A DNA stretch of 64,000 nucleotides, taken from assembly GCF_009914755.1 (NCBI RefSeq), contig NC_060927.1; one strand, 5' to 3'. This document shows, piece after piece, positions 25,380 through 39,985 of the stretch (its first letter is position 1; each line of letters begins with the position of its first letter). The notes beneath the pieces are model-generated. The model was not told the DNA's origin and searched no databases. It was given only the letters and a program-made list of their open reading frames with translations. A program made the position numbers and the translations under genes. The DNA is from the human T2T-CHM13v2.0 reference genome, Homo sapiens.

Positions 25380-27020
25380 AGAGTCTCTTCTGAGCTCCAG
25401 GACAACTGCTTCTAAGACATCTCCTCCTGGACATCAAACTCAACATGTTCCTGCCATGCTATCCTCTTCCAGTGTCTGTCTATGTTCATAAATGTCACCA
25501 CCACCCACTCATCTCCACAGTCAAATGTTCACCAAGAACTTTGTACCCTAAATATGTTGTGAATTCTTCCACTTCTTTCCATTTCCACTATCCCCAGTGC
25601 AAAGACTATTCTCTTTGGATACTATAACAGCTCCCAGCTGATCCCTCAAGATCCATGCTCTGCCCAGTAGCCAGAGTAATCTTTTAAAAACGTATATCAG
25701 ACCACAGCACTTTCCTATATAAAACCCATCAGTGACTCCTCAGGGTCCTCATAATAAAGATCCATGTACTTAACAGGGCCTTCAAGATCCTGTGTGACAA
25801 AACCCCCTACCCTCTACAGTCAAATCAATAATCACAAGTATGCAACTATAGCTACATTAAGTGCTATGAAGAAAAATGAAGAGCTACAAGAGTGTAAAAA
25901 GAAGGACTCTGAAACTGCCTTCCTATTTTCCTCTGGTGGAGCTCTTTTTGCTTCATGGCTGAATCCTCCTCTGTTTGTCCCATAAATGTCTGCATGCCAG
26001 ACTTCCGTCCTTATCACACTGCTCTTCTCATGTACGCTCTCTCTTCCTGTGCCAAGGACTCCCACATCTGAATCTTCAGGCCTCATTTTCCAGCTGCCTC
26101 TTGGATATCTCCCAGATGTTCTGTAGGCACCTAAAAGGGTGCATTCCCAACCAGATTAAATGTCTTTCTCCAATTCCTCTTCTGCTGTTACCTCTCACCA
26201 TTCACCTGAACTAGAAAATAAACACCCCTGAGATTTTTTTCTCCCTTTCCCTCACTCCCACAACCAAGCAGGAGTTCTGGCATTCTGCCTTCTAAACATC
26301 TTGTAACTTGGCATGTTCTCCATGCCCAAATGCCACTACTTTTGTTCAGACATGTGTTATCTCTCCCCTGCATTAGGGCTGCAGTCTCTTCCCTGGATTT
26401 TTTGCCTCCAGTCTCCCCTAACTTTGATCATTTGCTTTGCTGCCACCATGTTCAATGTGGCCATGTCATGGCCCTGCTTAAAAGCTTCTAGTGCCTTTAA
26501 AATAAAGCCCACATTCATTAGCTTCATAATCAGATCCTGCCTATCTCTCCTCTTTTTTTTTCTTTTTCATTCATTCTTTTCACAAGTATTCACTGATCAC
26601 CTACTATGTAGATGGAGCAGAAAACATTGCTACATTTATTAAGCCCATCCCCAGGTGCTGCAATATACCCACACATTTGGCCTCCAGTAACTTGAAATCT
26701 CATCATTTTCTGCACATTTCATGTTCTTTCAGGCTTTCATGTAATACCTCCATGGGCTGCAAGACTTTTCCTTCCTCTCAAACATATTTGTACTCCTTAT
26801 AAAGACTCAACACTCAAATGTAACCTCCATGAAGCCTTGTGAGAGTTCCACAGGCAGAATTAGGCACACTCCTTGGCACATCAAACCACTTTGAACACAT
26901 CTCTTCCACACATCTGTCTCCATCACTAAACTGGGAGCCCTTCAAGAGCAGGGTACCATCTTCTTCCAGTGCATATCCTGAATAAATGTTACTGATCATA
27001 TGAATTTAAAAATAAATGAA
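25380..27020 (+). mobile_element. Cluster of L2 fragments, approximate bounds
   Basis: ctgagctccag...gacatctcc...tcaaactcaacatgt, cagtagccagagtaatctttt and cactaaactgggagcccttcaagagcaggg are L2 hallmarks. Confidence 0.7.
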
Positions 27021-27048
27021 CCAATCCATTCTATTTCATCTTTGAGAG

Positions 27049-27210
27049 CAGCAGTCCACAAACTGTAATGTGCATTAGAATAAGCTGGGAGTCTTATTAA
27101 AATGCAAACCCTGATTTGGGGTGAGACCTGAGAATCTGTATTTCTAACAAACTCCCTGGGGATATTGGTGTGTGGGCCCTAGGACTATACTATGAGGGGC
27201 AATGTTTTAG
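27049..27210. mobile_element. MER5A-like MITE
   Basis: aaactgtaatgtgcattagaat...ggggtgagacctgagaatctgtatttctaacaaactccc. Confidence 0.75.
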
Positions 27211-29259
27211 AACTTGATCATGAAACACACAAAGGGAGATTAGTTGAGAACTGAGAACTGTTCTTGCAGAAATTGAACAAAAAATGGTTCAGTTTCACAT
27301 CTTTTCTATCAAATATGCATGACATCTTGACAGCAACCACTTTCTGAAGTGCTAGAGAGAAAGAGTCATTGTTGTAACCCTTCCTCAGTTGGAAAGCCCA
27401 CCCTTAGCTCTCCAGATCCTCTCAGAAGCCCTGACTGAAGCTGATTCACTAGCCTTGCTTGTTGCAGAAGCCCGATGCTGGCATTTGTTTCCAACTCTGC
27501 GCATGGCTCGAATGTGCTCCCTTGTCATCTACAGCATGGATGCAGGACCCCAAATTTCCCTGCCAAGAGTTGGTGGCCCAGGACGGCTCAGTGCCTCTTT
27601 CACCTTCCCTGTTCTAAGGCAACAGCCCTGGCTGCCATTCCGGATGCCCCTTTTCAAGCCGTCCTACCTCACTGAGCGAGGCCTTGGCACTGGCTCTGCT
27701 GCATTGTCCTGGCCAGCACACCTCTTATCAGCCCAGCATCCTCTGTGCTCTTGACAGTAGCCTGCAAAGACTCACAGAACTGCCCGAAAGGTGATCCCAG
27801 TTTTAGTTAAAACTTTTCCTACCCTCAGAATTCTGAGATGCTACTGGGGATTTACAAGTTGTTTTAAGGCTTTTTAAAAGACAAACCCACGGTATTTACA
27901 TAGATATATGGGTCTGTGTAAAGTACTGTGCAGTTCTTTATAAAAGGTGTAGTATAAATGTTCTTGTATTACTAGAAGGATTATATAAAAGATGTTAAAA
28001 CGTATTTCTACTAAGCAGTGCTATAGATGGCCACAGAATATAATGTATCCATTGTAAAGAAATCCCCACCAGAGACCTCTGAAATCTTACATTGATTGAG
28101 CTGTGCTGGACCTAAAACGCATTGAAAGTTTTCCAAGTGGTAAAATATTAAATATACTCTTTTTTAAAATATTTACCAGTTAAACACTAAAGTACTATAA
28201 CTGGCTGACCTTTCACAGCAGTTTTTGTTCTACTTTTCCAAAAGCAGCCAAAAAGGGATTGTTTTCTTTTAATGTTTTGTTTTGTCTTCTAGAAAAAAAA
28301 AAAAGAACAGACTTATTTTGAGCAATACGACTCCCCCCTCCGCCTATGCAATAACATCATAATGGCAGAATAATCACTGTAAACAATGCCCTGGGGATTT
28401 AGTTGGCTACAACAGGGGACTCTAGGAGCCAATTTCAGTGCTTTTCTTAACTACATCATTGCATTTTTGTCTGCAAGTGGATAAGAAGAGTCTCCTTTTA
28501 GAGCAGGTTGATGGAAAGTGCTAATTGTTGACACATTAGCTAATTGTTATGATTAGCCCCTGACTTCTTTTTTATTCTGGAAGTCAAGATCTCAACTGTG
28601 AAGTATGAAGATGCTTTATGGCAACAATGTTATGAAAACATTCAAACAATGAGAGGCTAATCTTCAGAAGCATTCAATCCGGTGGCAACTAAACAGCCAT
28701 GCCTTTAAAGAACAGACAACTAGCAGGAAAAAAAAATATCCTAACTGCTGCATCCACCCAATATTTCAGACATAAGTATTCTGGGGTTATCATTAATGAT
28801 CTGTTTTTACAAATCTACTATGTCTTTGGAAAGTTGAAGCAACTCCAAACCAAATAAACCACACGCAAGCCATAATGGTCCACTGACAATTGAGGCAGCT
28901 TGGAATCTGTGATAATATGAACTTGTAAAGTGCCACAATTAGATGTTTCTCTATTTTCCGAAAGTCAACATGGGATATTTGAAATTGGGATCATTCTCAA
29001 CCATAGTTCAACTTGAGAAAACAACTAGTTACGAATACCAAAATGTGCATTATTTTTTTAATATTTAGAGAAAAGGGAAAAAGAGGAAATCAAGTAGAGA
29101 GAGGAAATATCAAGAAACCAAATCACAGAGTCCAATTATTGGCTCTGGCCATTGAATGGGTCATTATTCCATGCCTTGTCCACCTGACTTATAAATGCAA
29201 GCAAATATTTATTATTTGATGTAGGAATACACTGGCTTCTTATAAAAAAAAGTATTTGA

Positions 29260-29547
29260 GACTGGGCACAGTGGCTCATGTCTGCAGTTCCAGCACTTTG
29301 GGAGGCCGAGGCAGAGGACGGCTTGAGGCTAGGAGTTCTAGACCAGGCCTGGGTAACATAGGAAGATCCTGTCTCTACAAAAAAGTTTAAAATTAGTTGG
29401 GCATGGTAGTATGTGCCTGTAGTCCTAGCTACTTGGGAGGCTGAAACCCAGGTGTTTAAGGTTACAGTGAGTTATGATCACACCACTACACTCCAGCCTG
29501 GGTGACACTTGCTCTGGGTGACAGAGCAAGACCCTATCTCTGGAGGG
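29260..29547 (+). mobile_element. AluJ-like SINE with a small internal deletion and a templated insertion
   Basis: J-type features (cttgaggctaggagttc, gtgagttatgatcacacc, agaccctatctc). Diverged TSD aaaaaaagtatttga (29245-29259) and aaaaacattatttga (29548-29562). Confidence 0.93.
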
Positions 29548-29846
29548 AAAAACATTATTTGACGAAATTTCAATTTAAAAGTAATTCCAGACAAATAATA
29601 AAATCAAAACACAATTCTAACATGATAAAATGTGTTCATTTTATATTTTAACAAATGGAGAAAGTACAGACAACATTCTTAAATTATTCTGTCTTATAAT
29701 CTCCCTTATATAAGATAATTATATTTTACAATCCATCCATTAATCAGTATCTGTACATTTTCTTCCTACAGGGATATTTCCTTTAAACTTTAAGTATCTG
29801 CATACTTGAGGGGAAAAAATCAGTTTTCAATAAGCTGCTGTTTATT

Positions 29847-30090
<244 letters not shown>

Positions 30091-30327
30091 AAGCTGCTCT
30101 TTATTTTGATTGTACATAGTTTGACTATTTTGAGTGACTTAACTGGTTACTAACTGGTTATCCCAGCTAGAATTGTTTACAAGGCTAAATGTGATACTAA
30201 CTTAATGTGAGTAAAGCAGTGCCTGGCACATATGCACCCAATAAATGTTAGCTGCCATCATCATCATCATCAAAGTGACAAGTAACTGATTAAAAAGTCA
30301 GACTTTCATTTATAGAAAAAGGCATAC

Positions 30328-31032
30328 TTCTTTGGGTATATACCCAGTAATGGTATTGCTGGGTCAAATGGTATTTCTGGTTCTAGATCTTTGAGGAATC
30401 GCCACACTGCCTTCCACAATGGTTGAACTAATTTACATTCCCACCAATGGTGTAAACGTGTTCCTATTTCTCCACAGCCTCACCAGCATCTGTTGTTTCT
30501 TGACTTTTTAATAAATTGCCATTCTACACATGAACACACATGTTTATTGCAGCACTATTTACAATAGCAAAGACGTGGAACCAACCCAAATTCCCATCAA
30601 TGACAGACTGGATAAAGAAAAGGTGGTGCATATACACCATGGAATACTATGCAACCGTAAAAAAGAACGAGATCATGTCCTTTGCAGGCACATGGATGAA
30701 ACTGGAAGCTATCATCTTCAGCAAACTAACACAGGAACAGAAAACCAAACACCACATGTTCTCACTCATAAGTGGGAGTTGAACAATGAGAACACATGGA
30801 CACAGGGAGGGGAACAAAACACACCAGGGCCTGTCAGCAGGTGGTGGGCAAGGGGAGGAAGAGCATTAGGACAAATCCCTAATGCATGCAGGGCTTAAAA
30901 CCTAGATGACAGGTTGATAGGTGCAGCAAACCACCATGGCACATGTATACCTATGTAACAAACCTGCACGTTCTGCACATGTATCCTGGAACTTAAAGTA
31001 AAATTTAAAAAAAATTTTTTTAATTAAAAAAA
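30328..31032 (+). mobile_element. 5'-truncated, 5'-inverted L1PA (about PA8-PA12-like) 3' end
   Basis: 30328-30525 is antisense L1 ORF2 3' sequence; 30526-31032 is sense ORF2 end, 3' UTR and A-tail. TSD agaaaaaggcatac (30314-30327) and agaaaatggtatac (31033-31046). Confidence 0.95.
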
Positions 31033-33009
31033 AGAAAATGGTATACGTGTTCCCAGGTTAAGGTAAGATGTAACACAGCATTGTACATGGAAGAAGGTAT
31101 TATTTGTATCAGCTGCTAAATGTTTTTGTTGTTTGGGCATTGGTTTTTGTTTTCTGTTTTGTTTGTTTTGTTTTTTCGGTACCCCATGACCAGTCAATAG
31201 TTTGTTGAACATCTATTACATAATAGGCACTCTGCTACATGGCTTAGATTAGGGCTCTGTCTACATACACAAACTGAGCTGAAGTTTAAAAACCTAACAG
31301 AAACTGTAGTAGTCTCTCCTCAATTTAAACACCCCAGGGGTATAATCCTTAGCTCCTAAAGGGAGAATAAGGTTGGAATGAACAAAGGTAAGAGGGAAAT
31401 CTTGGAAAGGATATATGCAAGCCCTTATAAAGGACTGAGCAATAAAAAATAAAGACAGTACACAAAACCAAGATAACAACATCAGTGAACTCTTTCTACC
31501 CTAAGTTTGTAATAATTAAATGAATAATAACTTTTTTCTCTCTTGTTAGAACCTCCTTAGGCTCTTTCTTCTCTACAGTTTCAACCGGATATTTCAAATT
31601 CACTTAGCTTTCTTTCAAAGATCACAATAAGAAGACATCTCTGTCCTGGTCCAGTCCTGCATCTGACATGAGTGCCACTCTGCCTGAGAGTCAATACTGA
31701 TTCCCAAGTCTGTGCCAGAGACACAGCCTGAGGCACATCCCTTCCTCTTCCCTGACATGAATCTCTGCTGCCACTTGCTCTGACCATCCCTTTTGGTTTC
31801 CTGCCAAACCTCCTCCCCTGCTCTACAAAGCATGTGACTTCTCGCTTCTCTTCCCAATCTCTTTTTTTTTCTTTTTCTAATGGCCCTCAACAGGAATGAT
31901 TTGAGATTTATATATGAAAACCAAAATTCTTCCCATAGTGAAAGTTATATTCAAAAGTAAAGCTTCATGTAAAGGAAGCGCTAGGTTGAAGAGAGATTAC
32001 TGTAAGGGAACTAAATGAAGCTATTATTCTTTAATGTATTATTGAACTGAGCCAATAATTGGCTTTTTAGTTTAATTCAACTTGTTTTCCTACCAAAATA
32101 TAGATTCTATGATCCTTTATTTCTAATTCTTTTAAAATTGTATATATAAGAGCCTAACTGTATCTTACTCTATATATGCTCTTCTGCAGTCGTGGCAATT
32201 CCTGTCTATCTCTTAATTTACCTTAAGTAAGAATAACACAGGAATAAAATCCCTGTATATGTTAACATATTTTCTAAAAATATATTAATGGCTTTCTTTA
32301 CAACATGACTGTAAAATATACAATTTTCTATAAATATTCAAGTATGTGTTGGGATGGAAGGGGCTTTTAAAAGCACATATTATTGGTAGAAAAAGAGAAA
32401 AGTTAAAACTCACCTAAATCAACTCCCCTCACCTAACATATGAAGAAAGTAATATTTAAAGTGGTGAAGTGACTGGTCCAATGTACACATCTGACCTTGG
32501 CAGGCCCACAGAGTTTGCACATGCCCTGCCTCCTACGGAAAGAATAATGGCATGTGGCACTGGCCACTTCAAGATGCAGCTCTCCTGGTAGTGTGTTGGA
32601 CTGTATCCAAACAACCCAAAACATGAGACAAGTTAGTACAAACTGGCTATTAGGTGTTCTACTTCCCCATCTCTAAAGAAAGAAAGAAAGAAAGAGAAAG
32701 GAAGGAAAAAAAATACAATACAATCTAGGTTTGTTATAAAAGTGTTTGTTTTTAACTCTACTTTTGAACTTTTTGAACTTTTCAAATTGGTTTCTGGTAT
32801 GTACTATCTCCAAATCCAAAGGGGGTTCCTAGAGCTATCCAATATGTGATGGAGCTGTTGAAAGAACATGAATTCAACTATATTAATTATGACATATAGT
32901 CACAGTTCAATTACTTCCAACACAGTATAAATTTTTTATAAAGGCAGAAAAATAAAAATGGTCAACATCCTATTAAAGACTCTGTATTCTCAAAGATGGT
33001 CATGCTACC

Positions 33010-33396
33010 TGATATAGTTTGACTCTGTGTCCCCACCCAAATCTCATGTTGAATTGTAATCCCCAGTGTTGAGGGAGGAACTTGTTGGGAGGTGATTGGA
33101 TCATGGGGTAGATTTCCCCCTTGCTGTTCTCATAATAGTGAGTTCTCATGAGATCCGGTTGTTGGAAAGTATGTGGCACTTCCCCCTTTGTGCTGTCTCG
33201 CTCTCTCTCTCCTGCTCCACCATGGTAAGATGTGCTTGCTTCCTCTTAGCCTTCTGCCATGATCGTAAGTTTCCTGAGGCCTCCCAGCAATGCTTCCTGT
33301 ACAACCTATGGAACTGTGAGTCAATTAAACTTCTTTCCTCATAAATTACCCAGTCTCAGGTAGTTCTTTATAGTAGTGTGAGAATGGTCTAATACA
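33010..33396 (+). mobile_element. MST-family (MSTA/B) MaLR solo LTR
   Basis: tgatatagtttgactctgtgtccccacccaaatctcatgttgaattgtaatcccc...ctaataca; 5-bp TSD ctacc/ttacc. Confidence 0.93.
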
Positions 33397-33555
33397 TTAC
33401 CCATACATGCCATATGTGTGTATAAGCAGTGGTCATGTTCTCAGAAGAACAAGTATGGGCTTTGGAGGCAAACTAATCTGGGTTCATACTCCACCTCTGC
33501 CACTCTCTGACCTTCTTTGGGAAGTTATTTAATAGCTTTGACCCTATGTTATCAT

Positions 33556-33958
33556 TGTAATGGATTGATTGGTGTCTCCCAAAAAGATATGTTCAAGTCC
33601 TAATTCCCAGTACCTGTGAATATACCATATTTGGAAATATAATCTTTGCCAATGTAATTAATTTAAGGATCTCAAGACTAGATCATCCTGGATTTAGGGT
33701 GGGCCCTAAATCCAATGACCAGGGCCCTTATAAGAGAAAGGGGAGGGCAACTGGAGACCAGAGATCCAGAGGGAAGGCCATGAGAAGGCAGAGGCAGAGA
33801 CAGGAGTCATGCAGCCACAAGCCAGAGAATGCCAAGGGTTGCCAGCAGCCACCAAAAGCCATTAATAGGAGAGAAGCACACAATAGACTCGCCTCAGAGC
33901 CTCCAGGAGGGAACAAACTCTGCAAACACCTAGATTTTGGACGTCTGGCCTCCAGAAC
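33556..33958 (+). mobile_element. MLT1 (C/D-like) LTR, 3'-truncated, abutting a MIR (about 33426-33555)
   Basis: tgtaatggattgattggtgtctcccaaaaagatatgttcaagtccta...gggccctaaatccaatgac...ctggcctccagaact. Confidence 0.88.
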
Positions 33959-34926
33959 TTTATTTACTATTTTCTTTGATGGAGACATCAGTACCAATGT
34001 ATTAAAGGCTTTCCAACCCAATTTCATTATCTTTTCCCCTTTCAGAAAAAATAAAATATATCGCTTATTAAAACATAAGAAACTAGACCTTACTCAAGTC
34101 TTAAATTAACTACTAACTAATGATTTGTCTACATATCAAAGGAAGTCACACACACACAAAAAAAAAGAAAGAAAAACTTTAAAAATACTGTGAAATTGAT
34201 TTTGTGGTTTAAAAACCTAATTTGAAGTGGTTTATTTTTAGAATGCCACCTTTTTCTCTATTTACTTAATTCAGGAAGAACCCATGTGCAAGTAGACACA
34301 GCCAGATGGTTTGGCAGTGGTCTTTTTTCCTTTCATTCCCTTAATCTCCCACTTGCAAAGTAAAGAAAAGCAGCAGTCATAATTGGTTGGCCCTATATGA
34401 TTCATAGGTACGCAATTAATAGCTGCAGCAAAGATAAAGCATTTTCAGTTTCTTGGAACACAAGCTCTAAAAAGTAAGAGGGAGCTAAAACCTTAACACT
34501 CTTTTACAGAAGGGAATAAACCTCCTGCAACATCTTCCTTGTTTTTTCCTTTATTCAGGCCGATAGTTTGATGACTTGAGAGGCATACTACAGTTCATGA
34601 AAGGGACAATAGAGAGGTCTGCATCCCCTTTGAATGCAGACGTGTAAATACTAGAGGAGATAAGGTAGATGTCCCTGCTTGCTGGAGCCCTCTCTCCATC
34701 ATTCAGGCCAAAAGAACAGGAGGAGAGACAAGTGTGATTAATTAAGCTCTGTTTTATTCTGTGCTCCATTTTAGGTTATAGGTTTACATATGTTAGGCAC
34801 TGGGTACTCTCATTAATTATAATAGGTACATGTCATTTTCTCCTTCTTACAAATGTGGTAACTGATACCTAGAGAGCTTAAATAACGTGGGTATTCCATA
34901 ACTGGGCCATAAACACGTAAAACTGA

Positions 34927-35254
<328 letters not shown>

Positions 35255-36765
35255 TAACTTCCCACTCCCACTTAAAAGAAAGGATTCAGGAGTGACCAAG
35301 AAACTTGAACGTGGTTGTTGATGTTTATTTGACCAAACAGCATTAAAGAGAGAGTTTCACTGTAAGTAAAGAAAAAAAAAAAAAAGCTTTCTGGACTTAA
35401 ATCTGATTACAACACATTTTAAATCCACTGAAACTTATCCTGATACCAAAAGACAAGCTTTGCCTATGCCAGTTCTCAAAGCTTTGAAACCCTAGTCATG
35501 AAGCAGCAGGTGTGGACTGCCTTAGATTGTTCTGGGGGATAAACCACACTCCCCCAGTGCCACAGCTTGCCCAGGATTTTCCCTGTGTCCTCGATTCTTC
35601 ATCTGCCTGAGGCCCACCTTCTTGGAGAAGGGACAGCACAGAAAAGATTACATGTCATTTTTTAAGGCCAAGTAAGGCCTAGTAGTTCAAATTAAAACCC
35701 AGATTTTCAGCATAGCTTTTCTGAAATAAGTGTTCCTGTGAGAATCACTAGCTCCTACATTGTTGCCTTGACCCTCATAGGCTTATGAGTGAGGAAGTCC
35801 TCTGGGATGTGGCGCTGTCCAGAAGCGGATTCAAAACTAATGTAAGAAATAGCTTTGACCTTTAGAGAGCTTGAAATCTAGTGGGCAGACACAGCAGTCT
35901 ATTAGAAAGCAATTACAATTTAATCCTCACCATTCTGGCGCAACCTCTATCAGGAAAGGTGAGAAATCTCCATACGGATTGGAAAGATAAGGGGAAAATA
36001 AGGAGGAAAGGCTAGCTTGAGTTAGACTTTGAATGATGAGGAAGGGGATTTGAAGGATGAGGAGGGAAGGAATTAGGGTAAAGGAAGATAACTGTCATTG
36101 AAGAGAAAGTCATAAAAATTATTACAGTTATTACAGTTTCTTTGGCAGGCAGAGAAGGAAGGAAAAGTTGAACAAAACGAGCAAATGCAAAGTTATGTCT
36201 ACTGGGTCTTTTTCCAGGCCAAGATACCCCATTCACATCCTGTACTTAACTCACTTCCACCTGGACAGGCTCCTGAAAGGTTAAAGGCTCATTTTACTCT
36301 CCACAAATACATTTGCCTAATTTTTACAGCCATTTACACAGCAGGTAAACAAACTTCTTGATCCAAGATGAAAACGTAATTGTCACCCATTTCAGTGAAG
36401 AAGTGAAAACAGTGGTTGAAAGTTACCAGCAGAGCATGAATATGAGAGCTTCTAGTGAAGTAACAGAACCAGGCTACGCCACAAGGAACTCAAGAGGTGT
36501 GCTGGTAAATTTCAGTGTTCTACATAAGAAAGCATTACCTGCTTGTGCTTAAGAAATATGCATTTCAGTGGGCAGCAACAGAACAAAATCCTTCAAAGTT
36601 TGTTTCTTCAACTAGACATCTGTGGATACAATTATATATACGATTTGCCACAGCTCACAAAATTTTATGATTACCTAGACCCCAAACCAAAGCAAGGTGG
36701 TAATTCTGTGAAAATGAAAGTTTCCATCAGATTTCTGTCATGGAAAACAAATGTGGTCTTTATAA

Positions 36766-37057
<292 letters not shown>

Positions 37058-37584
37058 CCCTTTCCTTTTTAAGTGATGTCTGTGGTGGAGAGGAAAGCCA
37101 CTGTCAGTCATGAAACGAGTTGACAATTGATTACACCTAAATAATCCACTGACTTGAGAGTCTCTTGATCCTGTATATCCTGGCTTCCTATCTGCTGTCT
37201 ACTTCTATGTGCACCATCCATCCAGCCCTCCAGGTCTTAACACATCTAGTACCCCATTAAGAGTCTTTCCTAAATGTCCAGTGGTGATATCCAAAAGAGA
37301 AGACAAGTAATAAAAGAAGAAAACAAATATCTACACTTTAAAAAAAAAAAAAGTCAACTTGAAATGCCAAAAATTCTCATCCACTCCTCAGAATCAGAAA
37401 CTATGTTTCATTTGTCTTGGTTTACGCAGTGCCCATCACAGGGGCTGAGACAAATACTCTGAAGTGTTTGTGAACAACTGAGAGTCTTTTCTAGGAATAT
37501 TGGAATCAAATGACTTCTCTTTCATTTCCAATCAAGCAAGGTCAAATTAATATTCAAATATTGTACCTTAAATATTTGGGAATG

Positions 37585-38172
37585 ATGCAGCTCACTTTTC
37601 AAGACACTTTGGCACTTTTTCAAAAAGTTAAATATAGAGTTACTATGTTACCCAACAATTTCACAGCTAGGTCCACAGCTAGCAGAACTGAAAACATATG
37701 CCCACATAAAACTTGTTCACAAATATTCACAGCACTATTATTTATAATAGCTAGAAAATGGAAACAATACAAATGTCACTCAATGAATAATGAATAAACA
37801 AAATGTGGTATATCCATGCAATGGAAAATTATTCAGCCATAAAAAGGAATAGAGTTCTGACACATGCTGCAATATGGATGAATCTTGAAAGCATTAGGCT
37901 TTCAAGTAAAAGAGACCCAAAATGCTACATACTGTGTGATTGCATTTATCTGAAATGTCCAGAATAGGCAAATCCACTGGGACAGAAAGTAGATTAGGGA
38001 GGGATAATGAGAAGTAACTGCTAACAGGTAAAGGCTTCTTTTTAGGAGATGAAAATGTTCTGGAATCAGACAGTGGTAATGCTTATACAACTTTGTGAAT
38101 ATACTAAAAACCATGAAATTGTATACTTTAAAAAGGTATTTTATGGTATGTCAATTATATCACAATAAAAAG
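37585..38172 (+). mobile_element. L1MB-like 3' end
   Basis: gaactgaaaacatatgcccacataaaacttgttcacaaatattcacagcactattatttataatagc...tgaaatgtccagaataggcaaatcc...caataaaaag. Confidence 0.9.
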
Positions 38173-38369
38173 AAATTTGAGAAACCTCTTGGTGAAGAAA
38201 TCGTAGTCAGGATTTATGTTTAGTTCTTCAGGTGTGATGAAAACTATTAATAGTCTATGCATTCTTTTTTTCTTTGTCAATAGATATTTTGATAACATCA
38301 TCAAAATTCTTATACCTACAAAAGCCCTTTGGCCATTTATTATATAATTAATCACTTTAAAATAGCAAG

Positions 38370-38610
38370 AGTAATAATAATAATAGCAACTAACATTTAT
38401 TGAATACTTACTATACATTGGTCACTGTTCTAAATTCTTTGCATGTATTAACTCCTAAAAGAGTTAAAAGAACAACTCTATAAGGTGAGTACTATTCTTC
38501 TCTCTATTTAATATAGGAGGAAACTGAGGCACAGAGAGCTTACCACAGTCACACAGCTAGTTAGTGGTGGAGCCAGGATCCAAGCCGACACAGCCTGGTC
38601 CAAAGCTGAC
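38370..38610 (-). mobile_element. MIR
   Basis: ataatagcaactaacatttattgaatacttactat...ggaggaaactgaggcacagagag...tcacacagctagttagtgg. Confidence 0.88.
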
Positions 38611-39548
38611 ACTCTTAACCACCATTCAATCCACCTTTAATGCAAATAGGAAAAGGGTTAGTGTTGTAGAAAGAGTGCTGGGTGAGTCACTGCAGGCCCA
38701 AATCCAGAGACTGGTCTATGTTTTGCCACTTGCAAGCTCTGTAAGACCAGTATTTCCTTCTAGCCTGCTCCTCCTGATTTTTAAAGTGAGGAAGTGGGGC
38801 GGTGCCATCCCTAAGTCCCCAGTCACTTTGAATCTCCATGATTCTGTAACTAAATCATGATACAGCAAGCAAACCAAAAAAATGCCAAGGTAAATATCCT
38901 ATCATTAGTGTGTTGTGCACATCAGAAACCTTAAACTTATAATATTTTATAGACAACAAGTAGGAATTTTAGGATTAAATAACTGAAATGACCTCAGAGG
39001 TTAAAGGACAAGGTCAGCTACCAGGTACTTTTTTCAAAGACAAAAAAAAAAAGAAAATTCTGTTCATTCTACCTTAGACTCAAGAAATCATTCCTTACAT
39101 GATTTTTTTCCTGAAATGCAATTTCATGATATCTCATTCAATCCTCAACAAATAAATATCAAAATCCTCCTATGTGCCAGGCATTTTTGAGGCATTAAGA
39201 ATAGAATTTTTAAAAAATAAAGCATAAAAAAGGGGGGTTCTGTTCATTTTAGAAGGGGATAATAAGCAAATCAATAAACATGATAATTTCAGATAGTGAT
39301 AAGTGCTAAAAAAAGAAAATAAAGCAGGATGGTATGATAGTAATTGGTTGCTTTAGTATCTGCTAAAACTGAAGCTACTGTACAGCAGAAATTTTTGTCT
39401 ATTTTGCTCATTATGTCCCAAGTACCTATAAGAGCATTTGAATGAATTAGCAAGAGATAAGTAAATGGCACTCTTTACATTGTGGCAGGGACTGCTAGCT
39501 AATCACTAAGTCAGTTTCTACCTTTTCCTGGGCTCATAGGTAGATTAT

Positions 39549-39985
39549 ATGTATTAGCTTGCCACAATTTCCATTACAAAATACTTCACATGGGGTGGCT
39601 TAAACAACAGAAATTTATTTTCTCACAGTTCCAGATGCTAGAAGTCCAGGATGAAGGTGTTCGCAGGTTTGGTGTCTCCTGCGGCCTCTCTTATTGGCTT
39701 GCAGATGATCACTTTCTCTCTGTGTCCTCATGTGGTCTATTCTCTGTGTGTACACACATCTCTGGTGTCTCTCTCTATGTGTCCTAATTGTCTTTTCTTA
39801 TAAGGACATCAGTCAGATCGGATTAAGGTCCACCCTAATGGCCTCTTTTTAGCTTAATTCCCTCTTTAAAGGCCTATCTCCAAATACAGTCATATTCTGA
39901 GAGTACTGGAGGTTACGGCTTCAATATATGAATTTGGCCAGGGTTGCTGGGGAGGGCGGGGAGGGTCACAATTCAGTCCTAACAC
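39549..39985 (-). mobile_element. MLT1A/B-like LTR inserted into an older MLT1 (about 39480-40310)
   Basis: tgtattag...ggtggcttaaacaacagaaatttattttctcacagttc...cttataaggacatcagtcagatcggattaagg...cacaattcagtc. Confidence 0.88.
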
